From a virus: DNA of 36,035 nt. A program made the translations under genes and the position numbers. A model generated the notes under the pieces. That model had not been told where the DNA came from. It worked only from the letters and a program-made list of their open reading frames with translations, and searched no databases. The first letter of the stretch is position 1, and each line of letters opens with the position of its first letter. The stretch spans positions 1 through 36,035 of the IMG/VR virus record IMGVR_UViG_3300045988_105737. One strand, 5' to 3'. Below, piece by piece: positions 1 to 9,585 of the stretch.

Positions 1-99
1 CTTTTTTTTATGCAATTATGAGTTTCAGAAGTGTGTTAAATTAAAGGGTGGGGTATCTAATGGGTGACGATACATTTATAAAATTGTGCAAAGAGAAAA
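1..99. repeat. Left copy of the 99-bp exact terminal overlap (equals 35937-36035)
   Basis: Compared base by base: c, T8, atgcaattatgagtttcag ... tgtgcaaagagaaaa is identical at both ends. Confidence 0.95.
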
Positions 100-332
100 T
101 AGTTGATTATACTAACACAACTATGAACTTAAACAGTATAGACCGGCCATTTTATATCAGTACAAACAATGTGCAGGTTGTATGGTTTGACAGAGTATTG
201 CAAAACAGCAAAGCATTGCTATCAACTACAATTAACGATGGCTTATATTATGAGGTTATTTATAACGAGGATAAGAATGAACTGTATTTTGATGTTTATA
301 AGCGCATACGCAATAAGGTTAAATTGAAGTAA
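60..332 (+). CDS. Hypothetical protein, first gene of the late operon (90 aa)
   Basis: Same frame as ORF-track 48..332. The GTG at 48 lies inside the SD (aaagggtgggg, 43-53), and the ATG at 60 follows it by 6 nt. No recognisable motif. Confidence 0.6.
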   Translation: MGDDTFIKLCKEKIVDYTNTTMNLNSIDRPFYISTNNVQVVWFDRVLQNSKALLSTTINDGLYYEVIYNEDKNELYFDVYKRIRNKVKLK

Positions 333-367
333 CACAAGGAATTACAGAGAAAGGTGGTGAACTCACA

Positions 368-862
368 ATGGCTAAAGGATTGTATCAAAATTGGCTAGAG
401 GATGATAATTTAGTTTTACTCCAGGGATGGAAAAGAAACGGCTTAACTGATGAACAAATTGCTCATAATATGAGCATAAGTGTCCACACTCTCAATCATT
501 GGAAGCAAAAATACAAGCAGATAAGGCAATCTCTAAAAGTGGGACGCGAAACGGCCAACTTCATTGTTGAACGAGAGTTGTTTCAAAAGGCCATCAACGG
601 TAATACAACCGCTATGATTTTTTGGTTAAAGAACAACTGGCGTGATAAATACAACGATAGTCAGTTATCACCAGATGAACTTAAGCTTGCCAAAGCTAGA
701 TCACGCAAGACAAATGCAGAAGCAAATATTGCAGAGTTCAAAGCTCAGATACTTAAAGATAGTGGTTCGAGTGGCGTAGAGTTGCTAAACGAATATCTAG
801 ACAAGTTAGACACTTTGGCAGGCAAGGAAGTGAAAGAAGATGGGCCTAAGACAGATGTATAG
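368..862 (+). CDS. terS: Terminase small subunit
   Basis: N-terminal HTH (LTDEQIAHNMSISVHTLNHWKQKY) followed by AMIFWLKNNWRDKY, typical of Firmicutes phage small terminases. SD aaaggtggtga. Overlaps terL by 23 nt. Confidence 0.8.
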   Translation: MAKGLYQNWLEDDNLVLLQGWKRNGLTDEQIAHNMSISVHTLNHWKQKYKQIRQSLKVGRETANFIVERELFQKAINGNTTAMIFWLKNNWRDKYNDSQLSPDELKLAKARSRKTNAEANIAEFKAQILKDSGSSGVELLNEYLDKLDTLAGKEVKEDGPKTDV

Positions 863-2063
863 CGAGCGTCAAATTGAAGTCTTGAAGAAGTACAAGCAAG
901 GCTTTCGATTGATGATTAATTATGGCGCTAAGCGTAGTGGCAAGACTGTGATTGATAATGACTTGTTTCTGATGGAATTACGAGCAGTTAGGAAGCGAGC
1001 AGATGCAGTTAAATTCAGAGAGCCACAATACATTTTGGCCGGTGTATCATCTAAAACAATTGAACAGAACATACTCAATCCACTAAGAAATAAGTATGGG
1101 ATGGAATTCAAGTTTGATAAACACGGCAATTTTACTTTATTTGGCGTTAAGGTTGTTCTAGCTTATACAGGTTCAATCGGTGGTTTAGGTGCTATCCGTG
1201 GTATGACAGCATGGGGTGCATACGTTAATGAAGCATCCCTTGCTAATAGATATGTGTTTAAAGAAATCATGGATAGATGTTCAGCAGATGAGTCTAAGAT
1301 TATATGCGATACCAACCCAGATCACCCACAGCACTGGCTGAAGGTGGATTATTTAGACAACGACAAGCCAGAAGTTAGAACAGCATCCACACATTTTACT
1401 TTGGATGATAACAAGGCTTTTCTAGGCCAAAAGTATATCAACGATCAAAAAGCTATGACACCAAGCGGCATGATGTATGAACGGGATATCCTAGGCTTGT
1501 GGGTATCTGGCGAAGGCATGGTTTATCAAGATTTCGATAAGAAACGTATGTTAGTAGATGAAGTGCCAAAAAATTTACATTATTATGCAGGAGTTGACTG
1601 GGGATACGAACACAAAGGCTCGATAGTGTTGTTTGGAGATGACGATAAGGGAAACACTTATCTAATTGAAGAACATACTAAAAAACACAAATTCATTGAT
1701 TATTGGGTTAATATTGCTAAGGGCATTCAGAAAAGATATGGATACAACGTTACCTTTTTTGTAGACGGAGCAAGGCCGGATAATTACAATGAGTTCTTAC
1801 GTAATGGAATAAACGCCAGAAATGCAAATAAAGCACGTATGGCAGGAATAGAAAGCGTAGCTAAACTGATGAAGTTGGGACGCTTTTTTGTTTTAAGTTC
1901 AGCAGTACAATCATTCCTAGATGAGATTTATACATACGTTTGGGATGATAAAACGGGCGAACCAATCAAACAAAATGATGACGTAATGGACGCCGTACGC
2001 TATGGAATATTTAACGAGCATCTAAACAATGACGCTCAATTTATCAATTCAGTTTACATTTAG
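840..2063 (+). CDS. terL: Terminase large subunit (PBSX/Terminase_3-like)
   Basis: Walker A GAKRSGKT (nt 924-947). 407 aa, positioned between terS and portal, with acidic nuclease-type C-terminal motifs (FFVDGARPD, DDVMDAVRY). Confidence 0.88.
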   Translation: MGLRQMYSERQIEVLKKYKQGFRLMINYGAKRSGKTVIDNDLFLMELRAVRKRADAVKFREPQYILAGVSSKTIEQNILNPLRNKYGMEFKFDKHGNFTLFGVKVVLAYTGSIGGLGAIRGMTAWGAYVNEASLANRYVFKEIMDRCSADESKIICDTNPDHPQHWLKVDYLDNDKPEVRTASTHFTLDDNKAFLGQKYINDQKAMTPSGMMYERDILGLWVSGEGMVYQDFDKKRMLVDEVPKNLHYYAGVDWGYEHKGSIVLFGDDDKGNTYLIEEHTKKHKFIDYWVNIAKGIQKRYGYNVTFFVDGARPDNYNEFLRNGINARNANKARMAGIESVAKLMKLGRFFVLSSAVQSFLDEIYTYVWDDKTGEPIKQNDDVMDAVRYGIFNEHLNNDAQFINSVYI

Positions 2064-2074
2064 GAGGTGGTAGC

Positions 2075-3559
2075 GTGGCAGACAGTGTAAAGATTGCTGG
2101 CAGTGCTTATATATCCAAGGAAGGCATGTATCTTTATCCAAATGAAGAACTAACAGGCGAAGATGTTTTAACGTTTATCAACTATAACAGAGGCATCACA
2201 ACGTATGGAGAGAACTACCGTTACTATACTGGCGAGCATTCGATTTTAAAGAAGAAGTTTGATCCTAACAGTTTTAGACCAGATAACAGAGTAATCAGTA
2301 ATTGGGCTAACTATGTTGTTGATACTTATATCGGATACTTTATGGGAACGCCAGTTAAAATCCAGCTAGAAGATGATGGCAAGAACAAACTGTTACAGGA
2401 TTGGCTGAAGGTTAACACGTTTACAGACAAATTATCAGAAGTAGCCAAGCAAGTGGCAATCTATGGATCGTCCTACATGTTGGCTTATCAAGACGAAGAT
2501 AGTAATACTTGTGTTGCAGTAGTGCCACCGGATGAAGGTTTTATTATCTATGATACAAGTATCAAGCGTAAACCTATTGCGTTTGTCAGATATGCTTATT
2601 TTAATTCTGAATTAGTCGGGGAAGTTTACACTGATAGTAAAATTTATAGTATTGGCAGAGACGGAGTGCTTGAAGAAACAGGAGATATCGTTCCGTTTAC
2701 AGAAGTTCCAGCGGTAGAGTTTTATGCAAACGAAGAACGTTTATCTTTGGTGGGTAAGATCAGGACTTTAGTTGACACGTACGATAATGCAATTTCACAA
2801 AAAGCTAACGAGCTTGAATATTTCGACCAGTCTTTTCTTTTGATGCTAGGCATTAATTTACCTAAGGATCCTAAAACAGGTAAGCCAATCCTTGACTTTA
2901 ATGGTGGCAAGCGTGTGTTTAATGATCCATCACCAGACGCAGCCAACGCAAAATTTGAATTCTTATCTAAACCGGACAGCGACAATATGCAAGAAAACAT
3001 GCTTAATCGTTTGGTTAATGATATCTTTCAAACAGCGATGGTAGCCAATTTAAACGATGAGGCGTTTAGTGGGAATTCTAGTGGTGTGGCTATTAGATAC
3101 AAGTTACTAAGCATGCAGAACCAAGCAGCATTAGAAGAACGCAAATTCACGATAGCTTTAACTAATTTCTTGAGCAATGTCGCAAGCTTAGGCAAGATTA
3201 TCGGCAGTGCTACAACTGATGAAGTCAAGTCTGGATTATCATTGACGTTTAAACGTAACATACCAGTAAACGACGCAAACGAAGCAAATACAGCTAAGAC
3301 ACTCGAAGGCGTTGTATCTAAAGAAACACAGCTTAAAGTATTATCTATTGTTGATGATCCTAAAGCTGAGCTTGAAAAGATGGATGCAGAAAAGGAAAAT
3401 CTTATCAAACAATCATTGCAGAATTCAATTAATGCGACTGATATGTTTAAAGGGAGTGTAACTGATGCAGAACCGGAAGAACGAAGCGTACTGGAAAGCC
3501 AGGGAGCAAGCCGAGAAAAAGTGGATAATTCAAAACCTGAAGAACGACAAGGAGTTTAA
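2075..3559 (+). CDS. Portal protein (SPP1 Gp6-like)
   Basis: 494-aa ORF immediately after terL. GTG start behind aggaggtgg. Size, position and acidic C-terminal tail are typical of SPP1-type portals. Confidence 0.82.
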   Translation: MADSVKIAGSAYISKEGMYLYPNEELTGEDVLTFINYNRGITTYGENYRYYTGEHSILKKKFDPNSFRPDNRVISNWANYVVDTYIGYFMGTPVKIQLEDDGKNKLLQDWLKVNTFTDKLSEVAKQVAIYGSSYMLAYQDEDSNTCVAVVPPDEGFIIYDTSIKRKPIAFVRYAYFNSELVGEVYTDSKIYSIGRDGVLEETGDIVPFTEVPAVEFYANEERLSLVGKIRTLVDTYDNAISQKANELEYFDQSFLLMLGINLPKDPKTGKPILDFNGGKRVFNDPSPDAANAKFEFLSKPDSDNMQENMLNRLVNDIFQTAMVANLNDEAFSGNSSGVAIRYKLLSMQNQAALEERKFTIALTNFLSNVASLGKIIGSATTDEVKSGLSLTFKRNIPVNDANEANTAKTLEGVVSKETQLKVLSIVDDPKAELEKMDAEKENLIKQSLQNSINATDMFKGSVTDAEPEERSVLESQGASREKVDNSKPEERQGV

Positions 3560-4472
3560 TAACAAACTTGCTGAATACTATGAGAGAGCTATTGACGATA
3601 TTTGCAACAAAATTGATGCAGAGTATCAAAAGATAGCCGAAGCGCATGGCGATGATATCAACATTACAGGAGCTTACAGAGCAGTTAACAAGCTTGATAT
3701 AGAAAGATACGAGCGCGAAGCAAAAGAGCTTGTAGCTAAAGCAAACAGGCTTAGAAGCCAAGGCAAGAAAGTATATAAAGACTTTACACCAGAAGAAAAC
3801 GCACGTATGAAAGTCTATAATGCTACCATGCGGCTCAATCGACTTGAGTATCTAAAATCACAAATAGGTCTCACTATGGTCGATTTAGGTATGGATATAA
3901 GCAACGATATGCGAGACAAGATCCAAGATGATTACATGGATGAAATTAAACGCCAATCCGGTATTTTAGGCAAAGATTTAACTAAGACGTCGTTATGGAC
4001 AAGCAAGGAAGTTGCAACGGTTGTGATGGCTCAAACAGGTAGTGTTAATTTCAGGCAACGTATATGGGCTAATATAGATGCTTTAAAGGCTGAGTTAGAT
4101 GCAGTTATATCAACAGGAATTATACGCGGAGATAATCCGCGAGAGATGGCAAAGTTGCTTAAAAAGCACGTTGGAGCGACAGTTACTAATCATAGATACG
4201 TCACTGAGCGCCTTGCACGTACTGAAAGCGCCAGAGTGCAGTTTGTGGCGCAAAAGAACTCACTGATTAAGATGGACTATAGATTTTGTAAATGGCACGC
4301 AGAACCTGGTGCATGCAAGATTTGCTCAGAAATAGCTAATAATGATGGTGGTTTTGGCAAAGGTGTCTATGGGATAGATGATTGCCCAATCGTTCCAGCT
4401 CATCCAAATTGCAGATGCGGGATTAGTGCTTATTGGGTTGACGGCAAAAACAATTCTCACGAAAATTCCTAA
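3465..4472 (+). CDS. Minor head / head morphogenesis protein (SPP1 gp7 / Phage_Mu_F family)
   Basis: C-terminal RTESARVQF ... CKICSEI ... HPNCRCG signature of Mu-F/gp7 proteins. SD aagggag lies 8 nt before the ATG. Overlaps the portal 3' end by 95 nt in another frame. Confidence 0.82.
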   Translation: MQNRKNEAYWKAREQAEKKWIIQNLKNDKEFNNKLAEYYERAIDDICNKIDAEYQKIAEAHGDDINITGAYRAVNKLDIERYEREAKELVAKANRLRSQGKKVYKDFTPEENARMKVYNATMRLNRLEYLKSQIGLTMVDLGMDISNDMRDKIQDDYMDEIKRQSGILGKDLTKTSLWTSKEVATVVMAQTGSVNFRQRIWANIDALKAELDAVISTGIIRGDNPREMAKLLKKHVGATVTNHRYVTERLARTESARVQFVAQKNSLIKMDYRFCKWHAEPGACKICSEIANNDGGFGKGVYGIDDCPIVPAHPNCRCGISAYWVDGKNNSHENS

Positions 4473-4484
4473 GGAGGTATTTCT

Positions 4485-5897
4485 TTGATTAGTGATAACG
4501 AAAAATTCAATATGCAAGTTAAACCAAATTCATTTTTTTTAAATGAATTAAAAAGTAAGTTACCAGAATTTTTTGATCTTGAAGGGAATTTTGACTTAGA
4601 TAAATTTAAGGGACAATTAAAGGAACACAACATTAATGAGTTAAGTGATGGTTATCAACTTAATTTTATTGGTAAAGATTATGCTCGTCGTCAGGCTGGT
4701 GAAATTCCATCAACAGTGATAGTTCCTGATGAAGAACAAAATAATGGTGAAGGTAAAGACAGTAAAAACCTATTCTTTACAGGAGATAATTTAGAAGTAC
4801 TCCGCCATCTACAAAATAACTATGCTGGTAAAATTGATGTGATTTATATTGATCCACCGTATAACACAGGGAATAAAGATTTTGTTTATCCAGATAAATT
4901 TAGTCATTCGGCATGGCTTACTTTTATGTATCCAAGGTTGTATTTGGCAAAGAATTTATTGTCTAAAAAAGGTGTGATATTTGTATCAATTGATGATAAT
5001 GAGTATGCTAATCTTTATGAAATTTTGACAGAAATTTATGGTGAAAACCAAGTTGATACTTTGATATGGAATAAAGCTTCTGAAGGTAAGAACGGAACAC
5101 TAAAGGCTGTTAACCAATATAGGAGAGTACATGAATATATAGTAGTTGCATATGTTAATAAAAAAGATACTAAATTCAATAAAATTCATGAAGCATTAGA
5201 AGGCAGAGAAAATGAATTTAACACAGCTAATCTAGCTGTTAATGCTTCTAATGAAGATATAAATCATAGTAATTATTTTACGTTAACTAGCCCAAATGGG
5301 AAAAAATATACAAGACAATGGAAATGGCCTAAAGAGAAAATTAATGAATTGATAAATGAAGGCTTGATATATTGGGGAAAAGATGGGAAAAGACAACCTA
5401 GATTAATTTTGCCTATGGATGAGAGAAGAACGGTATATTTATCAAGTATATTGAATTATGGAAGCACGACTAGTGGGAGAAAAGATTTTGAAAAGCTATT
5501 TTCTAAAGGCATTTTTTCATATCCTAAGCCAATAAAATTATTAAAAAAAATATTAGAAGCGACTACAAGTAAAGAATCTGTAGTTTTAGATTTTTTTGCT
5601 GGATCTTCAACAACCGCAGATGCTGTTATGCAACTAAATGCTGAAGATGGTGGGAATCGTAAATTTATCATGGTCCAACTACTTGAAAAAACTTATAAAG
5701 CAAATGATGATGGCAAGGAAGTACCAGCAAAAGGTGGAAAAGTTGCCTATGAAGCAGGGTTTAAATCTATTGATGAAATTTCACGTGAACGTATTCGTCG
5801 TGCTGCAGCTAAAATTAAAGCTGGTAATGGTTTAACTTTGCCCAAGGATTTTGATGGCAGCTTTAAACATTATAGAGTTGTCAAACCAACTAAATGA
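4485..5897 (+). CDS. Orphan DNA methyltransferase, beta-class, type III Mod-like (probably N6-adenine)
   Basis: Motif IV DPPY at 4851-4862 (DVIYIDPPYNTGNKDFVY) precedes motif I FFAGSSTTADAV at about 5591-5620. The N-terminus (LNELKSKLPEFF ... FTGDNLEVLRHLQ) and C-terminus (FIMVQL ... ISRERIRRAAAKI) follow the Mod layout. TTG start 7 nt after aaggagg. No Res or endonuclease partner is present. Confidence 0.85.
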   Translation: MISDNEKFNMQVKPNSFFLNELKSKLPEFFDLEGNFDLDKFKGQLKEHNINELSDGYQLNFIGKDYARRQAGEIPSTVIVPDEEQNNGEGKDSKNLFFTGDNLEVLRHLQNNYAGKIDVIYIDPPYNTGNKDFVYPDKFSHSAWLTFMYPRLYLAKNLLSKKGVIFVSIDDNEYANLYEILTEIYGENQVDTLIWNKASEGKNGTLKAVNQYRRVHEYIVVAYVNKKDTKFNKIHEALEGRENEFNTANLAVNASNEDINHSNYFTLTSPNGKKYTRQWKWPKEKINELINEGLIYWGKDGKRQPRLILPMDERRTVYLSSILNYGSTTSGRKDFEKLFSKGIFSYPKPIKLLKKILEATTSKESVVLDFFAGSSTTADAVMQLNAEDGGNRKFIMVQLLEKTYKANDDGKEVPAKGGKVAYEAGFKSIDEISRERIRRAAAKIKAGNGLTLPKDFDGSFKHYRVVKPTK

Positions 5898-5980
5898 CTT
5901 TTTCCATGCTTGCAGTCATTAAAGAACAACTTGAGTAAACTGTCTCCCAAGACGTTAAATGCGAGTTAGGAGGGCCAATT

Positions 5981-6589
5981 ATGGATACAGAAGAAACAAC
6001 ACAAGTAACTGATGTTCAAGACAATCAAGAAAACGTCGAAACGGTTGAGAAGGACGTCCAAGATAAGAAACCGGTAAATGCTGACAAGATTGCTAAGAAG
6101 TTACAAAAGCGTATTAGTAAGGAACAAGAAGGCAAACACCAAGCTTTAAAGGAAGTAGAGGAGCTTAAAGCTAAACTTGCTAAGTACGAAAACAACGACA
6201 AGAGTATTAAGGAACTTTCAGACGAAGAGAAAGCTAAACAGGAAGAAGACGCCAAAGATAGACGTATCAAGGAGCTTGAAGACCGTTTAGCACATAACGA
6301 AGACTTAAAGCAAACTAAACAAGTGTTTGAAGAGTCCGGCTTATCTGTCCCTGACGAAGTACTTGATATGGTTGTTGTAAATGATAACAAGAAGACTGTT
6401 GCTAACGTTCAAGCAATTACTAATTTCATCGAGAGAATCAAGGAAGATACACGCAAAGAATTGTTAGCAGGCAAAACTCCACGAACAACAGGAGTTAGAA
6501 CTAAAATGACAAAAGAACAAATTAGAAATATTAGGGACACAGCAGAGCGCCAAAAAGCAATGCGTGATAACTGGTCCTTATTTAGCTAG
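5981..6589 (+). CDS. Capsid scaffolding protein
   Basis: Highly charged, coiled-coil-like 202-aa protein (KE-rich) directly upstream of the major capsid gene. SD aggaggg. Confidence 0.7.
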   Translation: MDTEETTQVTDVQDNQENVETVEKDVQDKKPVNADKIAKKLQKRISKEQEGKHQALKEVEELKAKLAKYENNDKSIKELSDEEKAKQEEDAKDRRIKELEDRLAHNEDLKQTKQVFEESGLSVPDEVLDMVVVNDNKKTVANVQAITNFIERIKEDTRKELLAGKTPRTTGVRTKMTKEQIRNIRDTAERQKAMRDNWSLFS

Positions 6590-6603
6590 GAGGAAACAAA
6601 ATT

Positions 6604-7542
6604 ATGGCAGATCCAAAATTAATCAAAACACCTGATATGGGTGATGTACAAGCAAAAGACTTCGTAGAACGTTTTTCTGAAAGTGTTACAAAATTAACTC
6701 AAGCATTGAGTACTACACGTCCGCAAGCGATGACTCAAGGCAACACTATTCAAATGTATAAGTTCACTACTGATATGGCTGAAACAACAACCGTTGGCGA
6801 AGGCGAAGATATCCCATTGAGTGGAGTTAAGCGCATTAAAGATCGTGCTTTCACTGTTACCTTTGAAAAAGCACGTAAGGCTGTATCTATTGAAGAAGTT
6901 CAACGTGTTGGATATGATATGGCAGTTCTACAATCAGACAAGCGCATCTTAAAGGCAATCCAAAAGAATGTTCGTAAGAGTTTCTTTGATTTTCTTGCAA
7001 CAGCGCCAACAGATCTAAAAGCCCAAGGTGGCTTACAAAATGCAATTGCTCAATCAGTAGGTAAATTACAAGTATTGTTCGACGATGATGCAGTAGAAAC
7101 AATTGTGTTTATCAATCCGATGGATGCAGCTAAGTATCTAGGTGCAGCAGAAATTACAAACGGAGCAAGTGTTGGTTTTGGTTTAACATTGCTTAACAAC
7201 TTCTTAGGTGGCGTTACTTTAATCATGAACTCCAGTGTTCCAGAAGGTACATTCTATGCAACTGTTAAGGATAACATTAACTTGATGTATTTAGATACTA
7301 ACGGAGAAAGCCGTAAGTTATTTGCAAACAAGTCTATTACAACAGACGAAACAGGTTTAATAGCTTTAGTTCATGACGATAATACAACAAACTTGACAAA
7401 CCAAAGTACACTATACTGGGGCATCAAGATCTTCCCAGAAGTTGCTAACGGCGTAATCAAAGGAACTTTAGCAGCGCCAGCTGCAAGTGAACCGGGTAAA
7501 GGTAATCAAGCTACAAGTGGAACGGAGTCAAAAGGAAAATAA
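6604..7542 (+). CDS. Major capsid protein
   Basis: 312-aa ORF after the scaffold with a strong SD (aggagga). Position and size fit SPP1 gp13-like capsid proteins. Has a low-complexity C-terminal tail. Confidence 0.75.
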   Translation: MADPKLIKTPDMGDVQAKDFVERFSESVTKLTQALSTTRPQAMTQGNTIQMYKFTTDMAETTTVGEGEDIPLSGVKRIKDRAFTVTFEKARKAVSIEEVQRVGYDMAVLQSDKRILKAIQKNVRKSFFDFLATAPTDLKAQGGLQNAIAQSVGKLQVLFDDDAVETIVFINPMDAAKYLGAAEITNGASVGFGLTLLNNFLGGVTLIMNSSVPEGTFYATVKDNINLMYLDTNGESRKLFANKSITTDETGLIALVHDDNTTNLTNQSTLYWGIKIFPEVANGVIKGTLAAPAASEPGKGNQATSGTESKGK

Positions 7543-7559
7543 AGAAAGGTCAATAGCTT

Positions 7560-7916
7560 ATGGAACTATCAGACTTAAAAATCATGTTGAAGCTATCAGA
7601 TGAGAATAAGGAGTCTGATAGTCTTCTACAATTAATCATTAAAAATACAGAGTTGTCATTACGATTTAAATTGGGTTTAAGAGCCGATGAAGATATCCCT
7701 GGTGAATTATCATATATACCTTTAGAAGTCGCTATACGGCGTTTTAACCGTGTTAGAAACGAAGGTATGACGTCTTATTCTCAAGAAGGTGAGTCTATCA
7801 CGTTTAGTAACAACGATTTTGACGCCTTCGAAAGTGATATTGAGGAGTACAAGCGCAGAAACAATTCAGATGGATTGTTATATACGATTGATCCTTATAG
7901 GAGGCATGGTGTATGA
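7560..7916 (+). CDS. Head-tail connector (gp6/gp15-like)
   Basis: 118 aa, first of four small genes between capsid and tail genes. The LSDLK ... start resembles the Phage_connect_1 layout. Confidence 0.6.
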   Translation: MELSDLKIMLKLSDENKESDSLLQLIIKNTELSLRFKLGLRADEDIPGELSYIPLEVAIRRFNRVRNEGMTSYSQEGESITFSNNDFDAFESDIEEYKRRNNSDGLLYTIDPYRRHGV

Positions 7917-8221
7917 GATTTGATACTTTAGTCAGTTTCTATTCTGAAGACCAGAAGCATTATGACCCATCAACGCATGGATATGTTGGGGGAATTGATT
8001 TCCTTGGAATCTGTATGGCCAACGTTACAGACGTAGGAACTAACAGGGCTGTTCAATTGTTTGGCAGGTTTGACGTTAACAGCCTAGTTATCAGAGTTGC
8101 AGAATTGCCTTATCAAAATTGGGCGTTCATTACTGTTGGAAACTCTGAAACTAAATATCGACTCCAGACCATGCGACAGACACAGAAAATGACAACTCTA
8201 ATCGTCGGGGAGGGGGATTAG
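7913..8221 (+). CDS. Head closure / head-tail adaptor (gp16-like)
   Basis: 102 aa, ATGA-coupled to the previous gene. Called from conserved position in the siphovirus head-tail joining block. Confidence 0.55.
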   Translation: MRFDTLVSFYSEDQKHYDPSTHGYVGGIDFLGICMANVTDVGTNRAVQLFGRFDVNSLVIRVAELPYQNWAFITVGNSETKYRLQTMRQTQKMTTLIVGEGD

Positions 8222-8224
8222 GGT

Positions 8225-8578
8225 ATGGCACGAGTTAAAATTAGCGGTGTCAAGGAATTAAAAGCAGCATTACAGGGAAACGTTTCACGTTTTCCAAATG
8301 AAGTTGAACAAATTGTGGCAAAACATGGCGCTAGATTGCAGGATCAAACTCAATCTAACATGGATAGTGCTTATACGGCCGGGTATAGTACTGGCGCTAC
8401 CAAACGAAGCGTTACTCTAGAAAGGAGTAAATTCAAAGCAGAAGTACAGCCACACACTAAGTATTTCGCCTACCTTGAGTACGGTACTCGCTATATGAGT
8501 AGACGGCCTACATTAGGCCCGGCGTTTAGCAAGATAGAACCACAATTTCGCAGAGACTTCAACAACTTATTTAAGTAG
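8225..8578 (+). CDS. HK97 gp10-family tail-component protein
   Basis: N-terminal ARVKISGVKELKAAL plus the YLEYGT motif, characteristic of the HK97 gp10 family. Confidence 0.65.
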   Translation: MARVKISGVKELKAALQGNVSRFPNEVEQIVAKHGARLQDQTQSNMDSAYTAGYSTGATKRSVTLERSKFKAEVQPHTKYFAYLEYGTRYMSRRPTLGPAFSKIEPQFRRDFNNLFK

Positions 8579-8586
8579 GTGGAATC

Positions 8587-8979
8587 ATGACACCAGATCA
8601 ATTAATTTTTGACTACATTTATCAATTATCATTAAATTCAGGCTATACAACATACGACCATTTGCCACTAGAAAGCGAAAATGCACTTTATCCGTTTGTT
8701 TTAGTCGGATCAGTACAAATACTACCGGCTACAACTAAAAATGCAATACAAGGGCAAATAACGGCTAATGTGGACGTATGGGGAGACGGGGAGAGCCGTT
8801 TCAAAGTTTCTCAAATAATGAATGATATCTTTATCCAGTGCATGCAACCAGTAAGGCTGGGAGATACATTCGTTAGATTACGTATAGACCAGTACGACAA
8901 TCAAATAATTCAAGATACAAGCGTTCCGAATACCGTGTTAAATCATGGCATAATGACGCTTGTATTTAATTTAAGCTAG
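8587..8979 (+). CDS. Tail terminator / tail completion protein (gp17-like)
   Basis: 130 aa, immediately upstream of the major tail protein gene. Called by position only. Confidence 0.5.
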   Translation: MTPDQLIFDYIYQLSLNSGYTTYDHLPLESENALYPFVLVGSVQILPATTKNAIQGQITANVDVWGDGESRFKVSQIMNDIFIQCMQPVRLGDTFVRLRIDQYDNQIIQDTSVPNTVLNHGIMTLVFNLS

Positions 8980-8992
8980 GAGAGTGATATAC

Positions 8993-9565
8993 ATGGCAAA
9001 GCCACAAGTTTTACAAGGTATGGATACCTTAGCATATATTCGTTTATTAAAGAATGCAGCAACAGAACAAGGACAATTAATCCCTTATCAAACCTCACTA
9101 TCATTCGAACCAAAACGCGATAGTGATACAACTAAAACTAAAGATGGCGCAGTTGGCACGTCAAGTTCTTTAGAAACAGAAATTGGGGTTGAATTTGTAA
9201 ACAACATTTCTAAAGTTTCTGATGACCTATACGATGCTTTAATTCAAAATGAAAAGGTTGAATTTTGGATCGTAAACATTTCACGTAAGAATTCAGAAGG
9301 TAAAGTATTTGCTTGGTACGCTCAAGGCTCCATAACTGAAGACAGCAACGATAACGACCCAGATGATAATTCAAAACGAGAAATAAAGTTTAGTGTTACT
9401 GGAACACCACAACGTGGTTGGTTAGAATTGCCAGCAAGTGCTAAGGAAGAATTGGCATATGTATTTAGAGGCTTAGGCGTTGTTTCTAGTGATGACCAAA
9501 CAGGCAAAGGTACAGCATGGAAAGATGCAGACCGTGGAACAGGTTCAGCAACAACACAAGAATAA
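8993..9565 (+). CDS. Major tail protein
   Basis: Same frame as ORF-track 8984..9565. The GTG at 8984 is only 1 nt from the SD (aggag, 8978-8982), whereas the ATG at 8993 is 10 nt away. Sits directly before the G/T chaperone pair. Confidence 0.7.
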   Translation: MAKPQVLQGMDTLAYIRLLKNAATEQGQLIPYQTSLSFEPKRDSDTTKTKDGAVGTSSSLETEIGVEFVNNISKVSDDLYDALIQNEKVEFWIVNISRKNSEGKVFAWYAQGSITEDSNDNDPDDNSKREIKFSVTGTPQRGWLELPASAKEELAYVFRGLGVVSSDDQTGKGTAWKDADRGTGSATTQE

Positions 9566-9585
9566 TTCAAAGGAGCATTTTTTAG

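Noticed and set aside
3465-3559. 95-nt overlap between the portal and gp7-like genes, considered as a programmed frameshift or a mis-called start.
   Set aside because: There is a good SD (aagggag) 8 nt before the ATG at 3465 and no slippery heptamer. The overlap covers only the dispensable acidic tail of the portal. It was kept as two independent genes, though a later start cannot be excluded.
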